Shown one piece after another: positions 49,920-59,959 of a DNA stretch of 64,000 nt. Position 1 is the stretch's first letter. Every line of letters begins with the position of its first letter. The notes under the pieces are model-generated. The model did no database searches. It saw only the letters and a list, made by a program, of their open reading frames with translations, and had not been told where the DNA came from. The DNA is from an uncultured Pseudomonadota bacterium (lineage in GTDB: Bacteria; Myxococcota_A; Polyangia; Fen-1088), in assembly GCA_963847705.1 (NCBI GenBank), contig CAWKBC010000032.1, positions 192,001 through 256,000 on the forward strand, read 5' to 3'. The position numbers and the translations under genes are program-made.

Positions 49920-52010
49920 CTACATTCCGATCGAGACGGCGGACGGCGCCAGGCAGGCCGCGACGAAGGTCGACTGCAGCGCGGCGGTCGCGGTGGCGCC
50001 CTGCTGCATCGCCGCCGTGAAGTGGGCGTGCAGGAGGCTGCTGGCCGCAGCGGAGCGCGGATCGGCCGGAACCAGCGCCATCACCGTCGAGACGAAATCG
50101 GCGATGGCGCCGTCGGGATCGCCGCTCGACCAGTACGTCCCGGCGTCGGTCTGCTTGGCGGCCGCCACGTCGATGACCTGAGCGGCCACCGCCGCGCAGA
50201 TGTTCTCGGTCGCCGCGCGATAGAACAGCGACGGCTGATTGGGCAGGACGGGAATCGTCGACCCGCGGCCGTAGCCGTCCGACGGCAGGCCGCTGACGAT
50301 CTGCGGGACCGTGGCTGTCATCTGCTTCTTGGTGGTCGCCTGGAGGCCGCAGACGTCGTTCAGCCCCAGCCGGTTGTCGAGCGCCGCGCAGAGGTGGTCG
50401 CGGCGCGACACGGCGACGGTCTCTCCGTGCGCGGTCGTCGTCTCGGTGGGCGTCGCGTTGGTGGTGAGCGGCGAGGCGAACAGCTCGGCGACCAGCGTGT
50501 TCCACGAATAGTTGGAGCTCTTGAACAGCGACACCAGGCGCTGGAACTCGGGATCGGCGGCGTCGCAAGGGCCGGAGTTCGCGTAGTAGCAGAGCTTCTC
50601 CACCCAGGCGGCGGCGAAGAAGGGGTGCGCGGCCAGCGTGCTGCCGAGGTCGGCCATGCTGGCGACCGGCTGGACCACCCCCTGGAAGATGAACTCGCCC
50701 GGCTGGCCCGACCAGGTGGTGTCGAGCTGGTCATGGTAGTTCCAGGAGTAGCTGGCGGCGAAGATCGAGCGGGTCGGATCGAGCGTGACGTGGCAGTGGG
50801 CGCAGGCCCCGTTGGACGCATGGACCGTGTCGAGCCCGGGCGGCGGGTTGGTCGGCGGCGCCGTCGGATCGGTCCCGTCGACCGAGGCCCCCAGCGCCAC
50901 GATCAACGTCTGGTTCATCGTCACCCGCATCTGGTTGCTGGTGTTGGTCTGCCAGTTGGCGAAGAAGGCCGGCGTGCTGAAGAACCCGACGCGCGGGATC
51001 GAGAGGACCAACGTGGTCGCGCTCCGCAGCGCCGGCAGATCGTAGAAGGTGCTGACCGCCTCGCCGCTCTTGGGCGGGCGGATGGTCACCAGCGTCCAGT
51101 CGGTGAAGTCGCTGGCCGCGAGCTGCGCCGCCGTCGCGCTGCCGTTGGCGTTGGGACAGTTGGTGCCGTCGGCGAGGTTGCGACCGTCGAGGGTACCGTA
51201 GAGCAGCCAGTGCAAGGTGAAGGCGCTCGGTGGATAAACGATCGGATCCATCGCGCAGCCGGCGATCGCCGAATCCTCCGTGGCGGCGTCCGGATTGTAC
51301 CAGTGCATGTAGTTGGCGCTGGTCGGGTCGAGCGTCTCGGCGATGGGGATCGGGCCCCCGGCGGTCTCGACGGTGATCTGCAGCTTGGGGTTGGCCTTCT
51401 TGAAGCGGTCGGTGACCGTGCTGTTGTCGTCCACCTCCCAGACGTCGAGGAAGGAATACAGCTCCTTGAGCGCGGTGGTCATCATCAGCTGATTGGTCGT
51501 CGTCGCCGCGGTGAGCGGCTGGCCGGCGGCGATCAGCGCCAGCATCGTGCGGGCGAAGCTCTCCTGGAGGTTTTGCAGGAGCAGCGGCGTCGTCGCGGCG
51601 TTTTCGTCGAGCTGCTTCGGATAGACCTGATCGGCATAATCGGCCGACGTCACCTGGGTCTGCTGAAACGCCAGCTCGAAGAAGCGCTGCATCTTCGAGG
51701 CGTACTGCGGCAGCTGCATCCAGCCCTGGACCAAGGATTTGAGCTGCGTCGGATCCGCGGTGACGGCGGCGACCTCGTCGCTGGTGGGCGGCAGCCCCAC
51801 CAGCAGGTTCTTGACCTTGGCGAGGTAGACCGTGGGAGGGTCAGGCTGAAAAGCGAGTGCCGCGACGTCCGGCGGTGCGCCGTCCAGGCGGCTCGCGTCC
51901 AGCGTCGTCTGCGGCGCTCCGCCGTCGGACCTGGGCCTGGCGCTTCCCCCGCTCGTGCAGGACGCCGCCGTCGCCAGCAACGTCAGCCAAGCTATTGCAA
52001 GACGCCGCAT
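49920..52010 (-). CDS. Large lipoprotein with CxxCH motif, partner of the DUF1501-like gene
   Basis: Lipobox AASC; 'KVKNLLVGLPPT', 'FFANWQTN.SNQMRV', 'CAHCH.TLDP'. Confidence 0.75.
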   Translation of the reverse strand: MRRLAIAWLTLLATAASCTSGGSARPRSDGGAPQTTLDASRLDGAPPDVAALAFQPDPPTVYLAKVKNLLVGLPPTSDEVAAVTADPTQLKSLVQGWMQLPQYASKMQRFFELAFQQTQVTSADYADQVYPKQLDENAATTPLLLQNLQESFARTMLALIAAGQPLTAATTTNQLMMTTALKELYSFLDVWEVDDNSTVTDRFKKANPKLQITVETAGGPIPIAETLDPTSANYMHWYNPDAATEDSAIAGCAMDPIVYPPSAFTLHWLLYGTLDGRNLADGTNCPNANGSATAAQLAASDFTDWTLVTIRPPKSGEAVSTFYDLPALRSATTLVLSIPRVGFFSTPAFFANWQTNTSNQMRVTMNQTLIVALGASVDGTDPTAPPTNPPPGLDTVHASNGACAHCHVTLDPTRSIFAASYSWNYHDQLDTTWSGQPGEFIFQGVVQPVASMADLGSTLAAHPFFAAAWVEKLCYYANSGPCDAADPEFQRLVSLFKSSNYSWNTLVAELFASPLTTNATPTETTTAHGETVAVSRRDHLCAALDNRLGLNDVCGLQATTKKQMTATVPQIVSGLPSDGYGRGSTIPVLPNQPSLFYRAATENICAAVAAQVIDVAAAKQTDAGTYWSSGDPDGAIADFVSTVMALVPADPRSAAASSLLHAHFTAAMQQGATATAALQSTFVAACLAPSAVSIGM

Positions 52011-52185
52011 GAGACTCAAAGGCTCCAGACACCGCAACCGTCGAAAACCAGATCATTGTGCTCGCGGAATCAATAAATTGCAGGTGACAGCAATCACCAG
52101 GAGCAACGATTGCCAAACACTGCGAGGGCGATCTTGCGTGCGGCGACGATCACGGGCGGCGGCTCACGATTTCAGGCGGTCGCTC

Positions 52186-53493
52186 TCACATCTCCATCCG
52201 ACGGAAGCTGCCGTCGAGCATCCACATCCCGAACAGATGCAGCCCGAGGTCCAGCGTCACCGCGGTCGAAGAGGGATAGTAGGGGGGAGGGCCCAGCAGC
52301 TCCGCCGGGATGTGAATGAAGGTGCCCTCGCCGTAGACGCCGACCTGCAGCCCCTTGCGGTGACCGCCCGCGATGACGCGCTCGTACCCGAACGTCTCGA
52401 ACAGCCAGGGGCTGCTGACGATGCCGCCGCGCGATGCCGGCTCCTCGCGCTGGTTGAGCTCGCTGCGCCCCCAAAAGACGTCGCGCAGGGAGGCGTCGCG
52501 CACGGCGAGCTCGGCGAGCGCACCGTTGGCGTTGGCGCCCACGTCGGGGACGTCGATCGCCCAATCGACGAGCCCGTCGAGCCGCCAGCCGCCCAGGAAT
52601 CCCCAGGCGGTCACGCTGGCGCTCCATTGCGTGGCGTCGGGCTCACCGTTGCCCTGGTCGCGCAATCGCTCGCCTGAAAACTGGGCCTCGACCGTCCCCG
52701 CGAACAGGTGGCGGATCCGGGCGGCGTACGACGAGGGGGTCCCGGGATGCGGGGCCCATCGTGTGTCGGCCGGCGTCAGCTCCTTGGCGCTGAAGAGCGA
52801 CGCCTCGAGCGTCGTCGCGCCGTAGCGGAAGGCGGCGCCGAACACCGGGAACGTCTCGTGCGGGTTTTCCCCCTTGTGATGCTTGCGGGGCACCGTCGGC
52901 CCGGGGTTGCTCGCGCGGTGCATGAAGATGGGCGGGCCGATCGTGGCGCTCCCCTGCCCTCCGAAGATCGACAGATCGTAGGCCCCCTCGCTCATCATGC
53001 TGGCGGCGCCGCCCGCGGTGCCGGCCAGGGGATGAAAGGCGATCACCGCCTGGTGCAGGAACTGGTGCGAATGCTGCGCGTCCCACAGCCCCTCGCCCGA
53101 CTGCCCGAGCTCCGGGTAGCCGGCCGGGCCGACGGTGGCGGGCTCGAAGTCGAGCATGAGCAACCCCTCGACCCAGCCGTGGGCCTCGCGGCCGTAGGCC
53201 ATCACCCAGTCGTCGGTGATGAGCGGCTGCGTGCTCCCGGCGTCGAACGTGCGCGGGGTGCCGGGGTTGTCGATCGTGTAGCCCGAGAGGCCAGGGTTGT
53301 TGAGGTGCGCGAACCCGTTCACCATCAGGTGAAAGCCGCCGGCCATCCCCGGCGTCCCGGGGATGAGCGTCTGGCGCGGCGTCGCGTAGGGCATCGACGC
53401 GAGATCGTCGTCGGCGGCCTCGGCGCTGGCCGGCCGCGGCGCCAGTGACAGCGCGAGACAGACGACGATGATCGAGAGCGCCGAACGAATGAC
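52186..53493 (-). CDS. Putative outer-membrane beta-barrel protein rich in His/Met; start codon anomalous
   Basis: 'GYPELGQSGE...D.QH.H', 'GPP.FMHRAS', alternating aromatic strands. An in-frame signal peptide extends to GTC at 53493, upstream of the first ATG at 53394. Confidence 0.65.
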   Translation of the reverse strand, partial: VIRSALSIIVVCLALSLAPRPASAEAADDDLASMPYATPRQTLIPGTPGMAGGFHLMVNGFAHLNNPGLSGYTIDNPGTPRTFDAGSTQPLITDDWVMAYGREAHGWVEGLLMLDFEPATVGPAGYPELGQSGEGLWDAQHSHQFLHQAVIAFHPLAGTAGGAASMMSEGAYDLSIFGGQGSATIGPPIFMHRASNPGPTVPRKHHKGENPHETFPVFGAAFRYGATTLEASLFSAKELTPADTRWAPHPGTPSSYAARIRHLFAGTVEAQFSGERLRDQGNGEPDATQWSASVTAWGFLGGWRLDGLVDWAIDVPDVGANANGALAELAVRDASLRDVFWGRSELNQREEPASRGGIVSSPWLFETFGYERVIAGGHRKGLQVGVYGEGTFIHIPAELLGPPPYYPSSTAVTLDLGLHLFGMWMLDGSFRRMEM

Positions 53494-53560
53494 CCCCGCG
53501 TTTTAACACGCGCCCGGGGTCGGCCGGAGCAGGGCCGACCGAGCTCCTCTCGACAGGCGA

Positions 53561-54910
53561 CTAGGCCGCGATGTCCGGGAGCGGCGTTTTGCTCGCGCCG
53601 GTCAGGCCGGGATCGCCGAAGCCGGTGAAGTTGGTGATCCCGAAGGCGTCGCAGACGTTCAGCAGGATGCGCTCGTGCCGCTCGGTCGACTTCACGTAGC
53701 GCCCGCCGCTGGCGAGCTTGAGGTAGCCGGCGTTGCCGCTGGCCAGGACGAAGCGCATCGATTGCTGGTTGTGGTTCTGGGCGTCGCCCATGTCGCGCGC
53801 CCAGATCATGAGGGTGTTGTCGAACAGCGTCGTCTGACCGGTTGCATCGAGCGGGTCCTGGATCGCCTTCAGGGCATTGATCAGGTTGACGAACTGGGTC
53901 GCCAGGTAGGCCTCGAACTTCACCAGGTTCGCGTAGTTCGAGGCGGCGCCGCTGTGGATGTAGCCGCCGTGCTGATCGTCGTAGGGGAGGCTGTAACTGG
54001 ACGGCGCGTTGACCATCAGCTTCTGATCGTTGCCGTACTCGAGACAGGCCACCCGCGTGTAGTCGCAGGCGAAGGCGCTGACGATGATCTGCTGGTGGAG
54101 CAGGTTGGCCGCCAGCGCGTCGAGGTCGCCCATCACCTGAATCGTACTGTCGGCGCCCGGGGTCGACGGCTTGGTGCACCCGCCGCCCGACGAGGACGTG
54201 CTGGCGTTCAGCTTGTTCTCGAGCTGGGAGATCGAGTCGAGGTGTTGGTCGAGCTTGGCCTTCTCGTTGCTGCCGAGGGTCCCTTCGAGCGATTTGATCT
54301 CGGCGGAGACCGTATCGAGGATGCTCATCCGGCGGGTGAGCAGCGACGAGGCCGACATCCCGGTGGGGAGCGCGGTCCCGAACACGGTGTTGAAGGCCGA
54401 CAGCGGCGAGCTGATCGTGGGGAGGTTCCCGCCGTTGGAGCCGCCGTAGAACTGGGAGAGGCCCCCGCTCTCGTTGGCGTTCGCCCCGAGCAGCAGCGAG
54501 CCGATCGGTCGGTTGATCCCGGCGGCGACCAGGTTCTTGGCCACGAACTGATCGACGGAGATCTTGATGACCGGGACGTTGTTGACGGCGTAGTAGCCGA
54601 ACCCCTGACCGGTGAGGCTGTCGGAGCTGCCGTGGTTGTCGTTGGGGTTGCCGCTCGGCATCCCCTCGACCAGGACCACGTTGCTCGCCACCGCCGACAG
54701 CGGCTGGGTCATGGCGCTCCAGGCGGTGATCGTCTCGCCCGACACGGTCGGCGTCCAGAGCGGCGGATAGGTCCCCATCGTGCAGAAGACGAGGAGACGC
54801 TTGGACTGTTTGCTGCCGGCCTGCGCCTTCCGCGCGAGCCCCATGTTGATGAACGGCGCCAACAGGAGACTGGCGCCGACGCTGCCCACGAACTGTCTGC
54901 GGCTAGGCAT
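53561..54910 (-). CDS. DUF1552 family protein with Tat signal
   Basis: 'SRRQF'; 'ISVDQ.VA', 'SILD', 'KLDQHLDSI..LE', 'AFACD.TRV', 'TLFDNT', 'HN'. Confidence 0.85.
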   Translation of the reverse strand: MPSRRQFVGSVGASLLLAPFINMGLARKAQAGSKQSKRLLVFCTMGTYPPLWTPTVSGETITAWSAMTQPLSAVASNVVLVEGMPSGNPNDNHGSSDSLTGQGFGYYAVNNVPVIKISVDQFVAKNLVAAGINRPIGSLLLGANANESGGLSQFYGGSNGGNLPTISSPLSAFNTVFGTALPTGMSASSLLTRRMSILDTVSAEIKSLEGTLGSNEKAKLDQHLDSISQLENKLNASTSSSGGGCTKPSTPGADSTIQVMGDLDALAANLLHQQIIVSAFACDYTRVACLEYGNDQKLMVNAPSSYSLPYDDQHGGYIHSGAASNYANLVKFEAYLATQFVNLINALKAIQDPLDATGQTTLFDNTLMIWARDMGDAQNHNQQSMRFVLASGNAGYLKLASGGRYVKSTERHERILLNVCDAFGITNFTGFGDPGLTGASKTPLPDIAA

Positions 54911-54925
54911 GTCTCGTCGTTCTCC

Positions 54926-56824
54926 TTATTGGTCCTGCACGCGGGTCGTGAAGTTGGGTGCGTGGAGGATCGCCATCAACACGCTCTTGAGCCCGAACCC
55001 GTTGGTCTGCGACTCGTTGTAGATCGCGTCGTAGGTGCAGCCATCCTGCGCCCAGGAGCTCGACCCGTAGGTGTAGTAGGTCCAGTACCTCTCCATGCAG
55101 TGGGTGACCGTGTTGCTCTGGGCCAGATAGGCCGGGAGGCTCCCCGCGCCGGAGAGGCCGGTCACCGGGTCATCCTGCCCGTCGTCGGGAGAGGAGTAGA
55201 TGATCGCGGTGTCGACGGTCGGCAGGCCATTGTCGGTGGTGCGGTAGCGCCCCCATCCGTCGTAGTTCTCGAAGGCGAAGCCGATCCAGTCCATCGCCTT
55301 GTGGCAGCCGGCGCAGGCCCCTTGCTCGTGCTCGTTGATGAAATGATCGCGGGTCGTCTCGACGGTCGTCGACGGCATGAAGGTGGTGTTCAGCCCGGCC
55401 GGCGGCGGGTTGATGTTCTGACAGAGCATCCGCGAGCGCACCAGGTGGCCGCGCTGGGTGGGCGAGTCGGTGTTGGGGCGGGCGTAGCCGTTCAGGATCG
55501 TCCCGGTCGCCAGCAGCCCCGGATCGCGGGTGATCGGCGCGGTGTACTTGACGCTGGTGAACGAGGTCCCGAGGCCGTTGGTCACGCTGGTCGGAAAACC
55601 GTAGAAGGTCGCCAGGTCCTTGTTCAAGAACGAGTGATCGGCGGTCAGCACCGAGCCGAAGGTCCCGCTGCCGTTGAACGCCTCCATGATGAGATCCTGC
55701 GACTCCGTCTGCATCTCGTTCTGCGTGGTCGCCGATATGGTGTAGACGGTGGTGTCCTTGGCCGTCGTGAAGAGCCGCGGCAGCCCCAGCCAGCCGTTCA
55801 TGAAGCCCATCACCGCCGTGGAGTTGCTGGCCGAGCTCGAGCCGACGAGCCGCATCGCCTGCGCGTCGATCATCGCCGACATTTGCGTGCTCCCCGAGTT
55901 GACCGAATCGGCGGCCGTCAGGAGCGTGCTGTCGGGCGTGGTTCCGGTCAGCGTGTAGGCGAGCTCGGTGGCGACCTCGTACGGCGTCAGCGCGAAGCTG
56001 CTCCCGCTCTGCTTGCCGAGCTCGAGGCGATAAAGGAAGTACGGCGATTGCAGCATCGCGGAGATGACCGCCTGCGCGCCGTCCGAGTTCGAGCTGCCCG
56101 CCATGAACAGCTTGCTGTAGGTCGTGAGGCGCGCGTCGCCCGTCGCCAGCGTGGTGCGGAACGCGACCCGACCGAAGGCCTGGATGAACGAGGTGGCGCA
56201 TGAGGACGCCGGTGCCCCCGTCGCCGTCGCAGCGCAGCTGGCAAACTGCGCCAGCTTGCCAGCGGACGCCGCCCAGGCCGCGACCGCCTCCGCGTTGTCC
56301 TCGAGCTGCGAGGCGTTCAGGCCCTGAACGAGAAGCCCATTGGCATCGATCGAGAAGCCGAGCACCGCCGTATCGCTGAATACGGTGGCCACCGGCGCGG
56401 CGTTGGCGGTGTCACCAAAGATGCTGTAAATGCTGGCCGCGAACTCCGGGGCCGAGAGCCGCCAGATCTTCCGCGGGCCCGGAGCATTGCTGGTGCAGGG
56501 ATCGGGGTCCGCCAGCGCGCTCGGCAGGAGCTGAACACCGCCGTCGGCGGCGTTCGCGCCACCGGTCCCGGTCGACGTTCCATCGCCGCCGGTGCCGCTG
56601 GTGCTTCCACCGCCGGTGGTGCTGCCGGTGCCGCTGGTGCTTCCGCCGCCGGTGGTGCTGCCGGTGCCGCTGGTGCTTCCGCCGCCGCTGCCGGTGCCGG
56701 TGACGCTTCCGCCGCCGCTGTTTCCCCCTGTCCCCGTGATGAAATTTTGATCACCACGGCCAGCGCAACCACCGGCAAAGGCGAACACGGTGGAAGAAAT
56801 TACAAGGAGAGAGAACCGTTGCAT
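54926..56824 (-). CDS. DUF1587/1592/1595/1588-type lipoprotein with CxxCH
   Basis: Lipobox AGGC; 'RLS..E', 'MLQSPYFLYRLE', 'LTPYEVATELAY', 'SPTQRG', 'CAGCHK.MD.IGF.FENYD..GR.R'. Confidence 0.88.
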   Translation of the reverse strand: MQRFSLLVISSTVFAFAGGCAGRGDQNFITGTGGNSGGGSVTGTGSGGGSTSGTGSTTGGGSTSGTGSTTGGGSTSGTGGDGTSTGTGGANAADGGVQLLPSALADPDPCTSNAPGPRKIWRLSAPEFAASIYSIFGDTANAAPVATVFSDTAVLGFSIDANGLLVQGLNASQLEDNAEAVAAWAASAGKLAQFASCAATATGAPASSCATSFIQAFGRVAFRTTLATGDARLTTYSKLFMAGSSNSDGAQAVISAMLQSPYFLYRLELGKQSGSSFALTPYEVATELAYTLTGTTPDSTLLTAADSVNSGSTQMSAMIDAQAMRLVGSSSASNSTAVMGFMNGWLGLPRLFTTAKDTTVYTISATTQNEMQTESQDLIMEAFNGSGTFGSVLTADHSFLNKDLATFYGFPTSVTNGLGTSFTSVKYTAPITRDPGLLATGTILNGYARPNTDSPTQRGHLVRSRMLCQNINPPPAGLNTTFMPSTTVETTRDHFINEHEQGACAGCHKAMDWIGFAFENYDGWGRYRTTDNGLPTVDTAIIYSSPDDGQDDPVTGLSGAGSLPAYLAQSNTVTHCMERYWTYYTYGSSSWAQDGCTYDAIYNESQTNGFGLKSVLMAILHAPNFTTRVQDQ

Positions 56825-57051
56825 CAGACCTCCGAGGGGGCGACAAAAGCGGGAGGCAGAGAGGCCGCTGAGAGTGGTTAACGCTAGCGCCGTGCATGCT
56901 CGAGGTCAATTGTGCATTGCTCCTCACCGACGGGAAACGCGGTGTGATACCCAGCTGCAACCACTCTGGCGGCAGCACACCTACATGGTGGCTGCGACCT
57001 TGCGCACGACCGATGTGGGACGACCACCCACCTCCCACCGGCGTTCCACCT

Positions 57052-57444
57052 CTACCGGAAGTCTCTGAGGTGCCGCCGCCCGCCCTGCCGAGGCGAACCG
57101 TCCTTCGCCTGCTGGCACTCGACGCAAAGCTCGACGTACGGCATCAACTCGAGCCGCCTGGCGGCGATCGGCTCGTCGCACTCGGCGCAGTTGCCGAAGC
57201 CGTCCGGATCGTCCTCGAGCCGGGCCAGCGCGGCCAGCACGCGCGCCAGCACGCCGGCCCGGTTGCGGTTTCGCGAGGAGGCGATCGACTGCGACATCTC
57301 GGCCAGGGGTTGCGCGTCCTCGTCGTTGCCGACCGCCGTGTCGTCCTCGCGCGCCGCCTCCGGCTCGATGTCGCCCGCGGCCAGGATCTCGACCTTGAGC
57401 GCCAGCAGCCGCTGGCGGTGACGTTGGGCTGCCGAAGCGTCCAT
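57052..57444 (-). CDS. TraR/DksA C4-type zinc-finger protein
   Basis: 'AL.RL...PD.FG.CAEC.EPI...RLE.MP....CVECQ'. Confidence 0.88.
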   Translation of the reverse strand: MDASAAQRHRQRLLALKVEILAAGDIEPEAAREDDTAVGNDEDAQPLAEMSQSIASSRNRNRAGVLARVLAALARLEDDPDGFGNCAECDEPIAARRLELMPYVELCVECQQAKDGSPRQGGRRHLRDFR

Positions 57445-57494
57445 ACCGTCATTCTAAGGTAGCGTGCCCAGCCGGTTCGAGCAGATTGGGCTGG

Positions 57495-58823
57495 TCAGAC
57501 CGCGGGCCGGCGCCGCACCATGTTCGCGTAGGCGATCGCGGCCGCGACCGCCACCACGGCCAGCCAGAGCAACGCCCGCGGATCGTCGGTGAGCGTGTAC
57601 CAGAGCATCCACGCCGCGCCGGCCAGGTAGACGATCGCCGCGCCGACCACGACCGGTGACGGGCGGGGAAATTGGGTCCGCCCGAAACGGAGACGCAAGA
57701 CCAGCGCCACGGTCAGGGTCGAGTCCAGGGTCAGGATGGCGCCCACCGAACGGAGCAGCGCCTCGAAGCTGTTCGTCGCCAGGAGGGCGAGCGCGAGGGC
57801 ACTTTGCAGCAACACCGACCAGACCGGCGGGCGTCCCGCGCGACCGGCCAGTGCCCGCGGCAGGAACCCCTCCTCCGCCATGGCGGAAGCGACGCGCGGG
57901 CCGGCCATCGTCATCGCGATCACGGACGAGGCCAGCGAGAGCACCACGCAGAGCGACGTCGCCCGGGCCGCGCCCGCGCCCGCCAGCTGCTCCATCAACA
58001 GATGGGCCAGGGTGATCCGCGTGGTGTCCTGCCCCAGCCAGCCGGCCAGGCGCTGGCCCGACAGGTTGGCGACGAAGATGGCGTTGACGACCAGGTAGAC
58101 GACCGTCACCAGCGCCGTCCCCCAGAGCATCGCGCGGGGCACCGTCCGCCGGGGATCGCGAAACTCCTCGGCGGCATAGGCGACCGCGTTCCAGCCCGAG
58201 TAGGCAAAGGCGACGTAGACCAGCGACACGGCGAACGGCTCGAGGGGGAGCGTCGATGGGGCCTCCGGCGCCCGCCAGGTCGGCACGGCGTGGGCGCCCA
58301 GCGCCACCCCCACGACGATGAAGCCGGCCAGGAGCAGCCCCTTGACGATGGCCAGCGCGTCCTGGGTCCGCTTCGACCACCGCGCGTCGAAGGCCTGGGA
58401 GGCCGTCGCCAGGACGATCAGCGCGGCCCCGGTCAGCCGCGGCGGCGCAGCAGGGACGAGCGTCGCGACGAACGGGCCCGCCGTCGCCGCCGCCAGCGCC
58501 ACCGGCGCCGAGAACCCCACCAGCAGCGAGGTCCACCCCGACAGCGTCCCGAAGAACGGATGCAACAGCTCGGAGAGATACCGGTACTCGCCACCCGAGC
58601 GGGGGATCGCCCGCGCCAGCTCGGCGTAGCAAGCCGCGCCGGCAATCGCCAGCGCGCCCCCCACCAGCCAGCCGAGGAGAATGGCGCGTGGCCCCAGCTG
58701 CAGGGCCATGTAGCCGGTGTTGGTGAGGACGCCGACGCCGATCACGTTGCCGACGACCAGGCCGATCCCCGACCACAGCCCCAGCTTGCCGGGCTGGGCA
58801 CGCTGCCTCTCCACGCGCTTCAC
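57495..58823 (-). CDS. APC-family amino acid permease
   Basis: 'GNVIGVG', 'YAELA..IPRSGGEY.Y', 'FAYSGWN....AEE...P.R..PRA'; GTG overlaps the upstream stop. Confidence 0.88.
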   Translation of the reverse strand: MKRVERQRAQPGKLGLWSGIGLVVGNVIGVGVLTNTGYMALQLGPRAILLGWLVGGALAIAGAACYAELARAIPRSGGEYRYLSELLHPFFGTLSGWTSLLVGFSAPVALAAATAGPFVATLVPAAPPRLTGAALIVLATASQAFDARWSKRTQDALAIVKGLLLAGFIVVGVALGAHAVPTWRAPEAPSTLPLEPFAVSLVYVAFAYSGWNAVAYAAEEFRDPRRTVPRAMLWGTALVTVVYLVVNAIFVANLSGQRLAGWLGQDTTRITLAHLLMEQLAGAGAARATSLCVVLSLASSVIAMTMAGPRVASAMAEEGFLPRALAGRAGRPPVWSVLLQSALALALLATNSFEALLRSVGAILTLDSTLTVALVLRLRFGRTQFPRPSPVVVGAAIVYLAGAAWMLWYTLTDDPRALLWLAVVAVAAAIAYANMVRRRPAV

Positions 58824-59719
58824 CTGCCGCGAAAACCGCCCCCCGCGCGCCCGCCGGCCTCGATCCAGGCGTGGGCCATGCGGGCCGTGTCGAAGGCGAA
58901 GCCGACCCTCCCCGCGACGTCGACGCAGATGAGCCCGCCGGAGCCGCCCTGGCGGCGGACCGCCGGCAGCACGTCTCGGGCGGCCTCCGTCGGAGACCGG
59001 CCAGCCCGCAGCGCCTCGACCGCCTGCCTGGCCGCGGCGGCCTTGATGAACGCCTCGCCGTGGCCGGTGCACGAGACCGCTCCGGCGCCGTCGTCGGCGT
59101 AGGTCCCGGCGCCGATCAGCGCCGAGTCCCCCACCCGCCCGCGTCGCTTGAGCATCGTCCCGCCGGTCGAGGTGGCGGCGGCGAGGCGGCCCGCGGCGTC
59201 GCGCGCCACGCAGCCGACCGTACCGCCGGAGGGCGCTGCCGCCGCGCGGGCCACGGCCGCGCGCCACTTGCCGCGCATCCCCTCGGTCACCAGCGTTCCG
59301 GGCGGAAGCGGGGTCAGACCGCATTCGGCGGCGAAGGCCCCGGCGCCCGCGCCGACCAGCAGGACGTGGGGCGTCTTCTCCATCACCAGGCGCGCCAACC
59401 GGATCGGGTTCTTCACGTCGCGCAGCGCCCCCACGGCGCCGGCGCGGCCGTCGCCGCACATGACGGAGGCGTCGCACTCGACCTCGCCGTCGACGGTCAG
59501 CGCCGACCCGGTCCCGGCGTTGAACCGAGGATCGTCCTCCAGAACGACGACCGCGGCCGTCGCCGCGTCGAGCGCCGAGCCCCCCGCGCGGAGAATCTCG
59601 AAGCCGGCCTGCGCGGCGGCGCCACAGACCGCCACCAGCGCCTCGCCCTCGCCGTCCTCGGACGACCAATCGCCGGCACCGCCGTGCACGATGAGAGCGG
59701 GTTCGAGGGAAGCCGACAT
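58820..59719 (-). CDS. iaaA: Isoaspartyl peptidase / L-asparaginase (Ntn hydrolase)
   Basis: 'IVHGGAG', 'LEDDPRFNAG.GS', nucleophile 'GTVG', 'ATSTGG', 'GRVGDS', 'CTGHGE'. Confidence 0.9.
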   Translation of the reverse strand: MSASLEPALIVHGGAGDWSSEDGEGEALVAVCGAAAQAGFEILRAGGSALDAATAAVVVLEDDPRFNAGTGSALTVDGEVECDASVMCGDGRAGAVGALRDVKNPIRLARLVMEKTPHVLLVGAGAGAFAAECGLTPLPPGTLVTEGMRGKWRAAVARAAAAPSGGTVGCVARDAAGRLAAATSTGGTMLKRRGRVGDSALIGAGTYADDGAGAVSCTGHGEAFIKAAAARQAVEALRAGRSPTEAARDVLPAVRRQGGSGGLICVDVAGRVGFAFDTARMAHAWIEAGGRAGGGFRGR

Positions 59720-59959
59720 CGCGAGGCCGCGATCATAGACCGGGCCGACCTCTTCGGCGACAGACGGCGCACAGCCCCCCTCGAACGAATCCTCCGCGAG
59801 CTCCCGGGAGATCCGCGGGCGCCGCTGGCCGCGCTCGCCCTCGGCCGGCTGGAGCTGGGTTCGTAGAACCGGCCCGCCAGGGCCGCGACGGCGCTCAACC
59901 TGGCGCTGTCGCTCGGCGTTCCGCAGCATCGTCGAGTCGCAAATGCGATAAGTTGGCCC

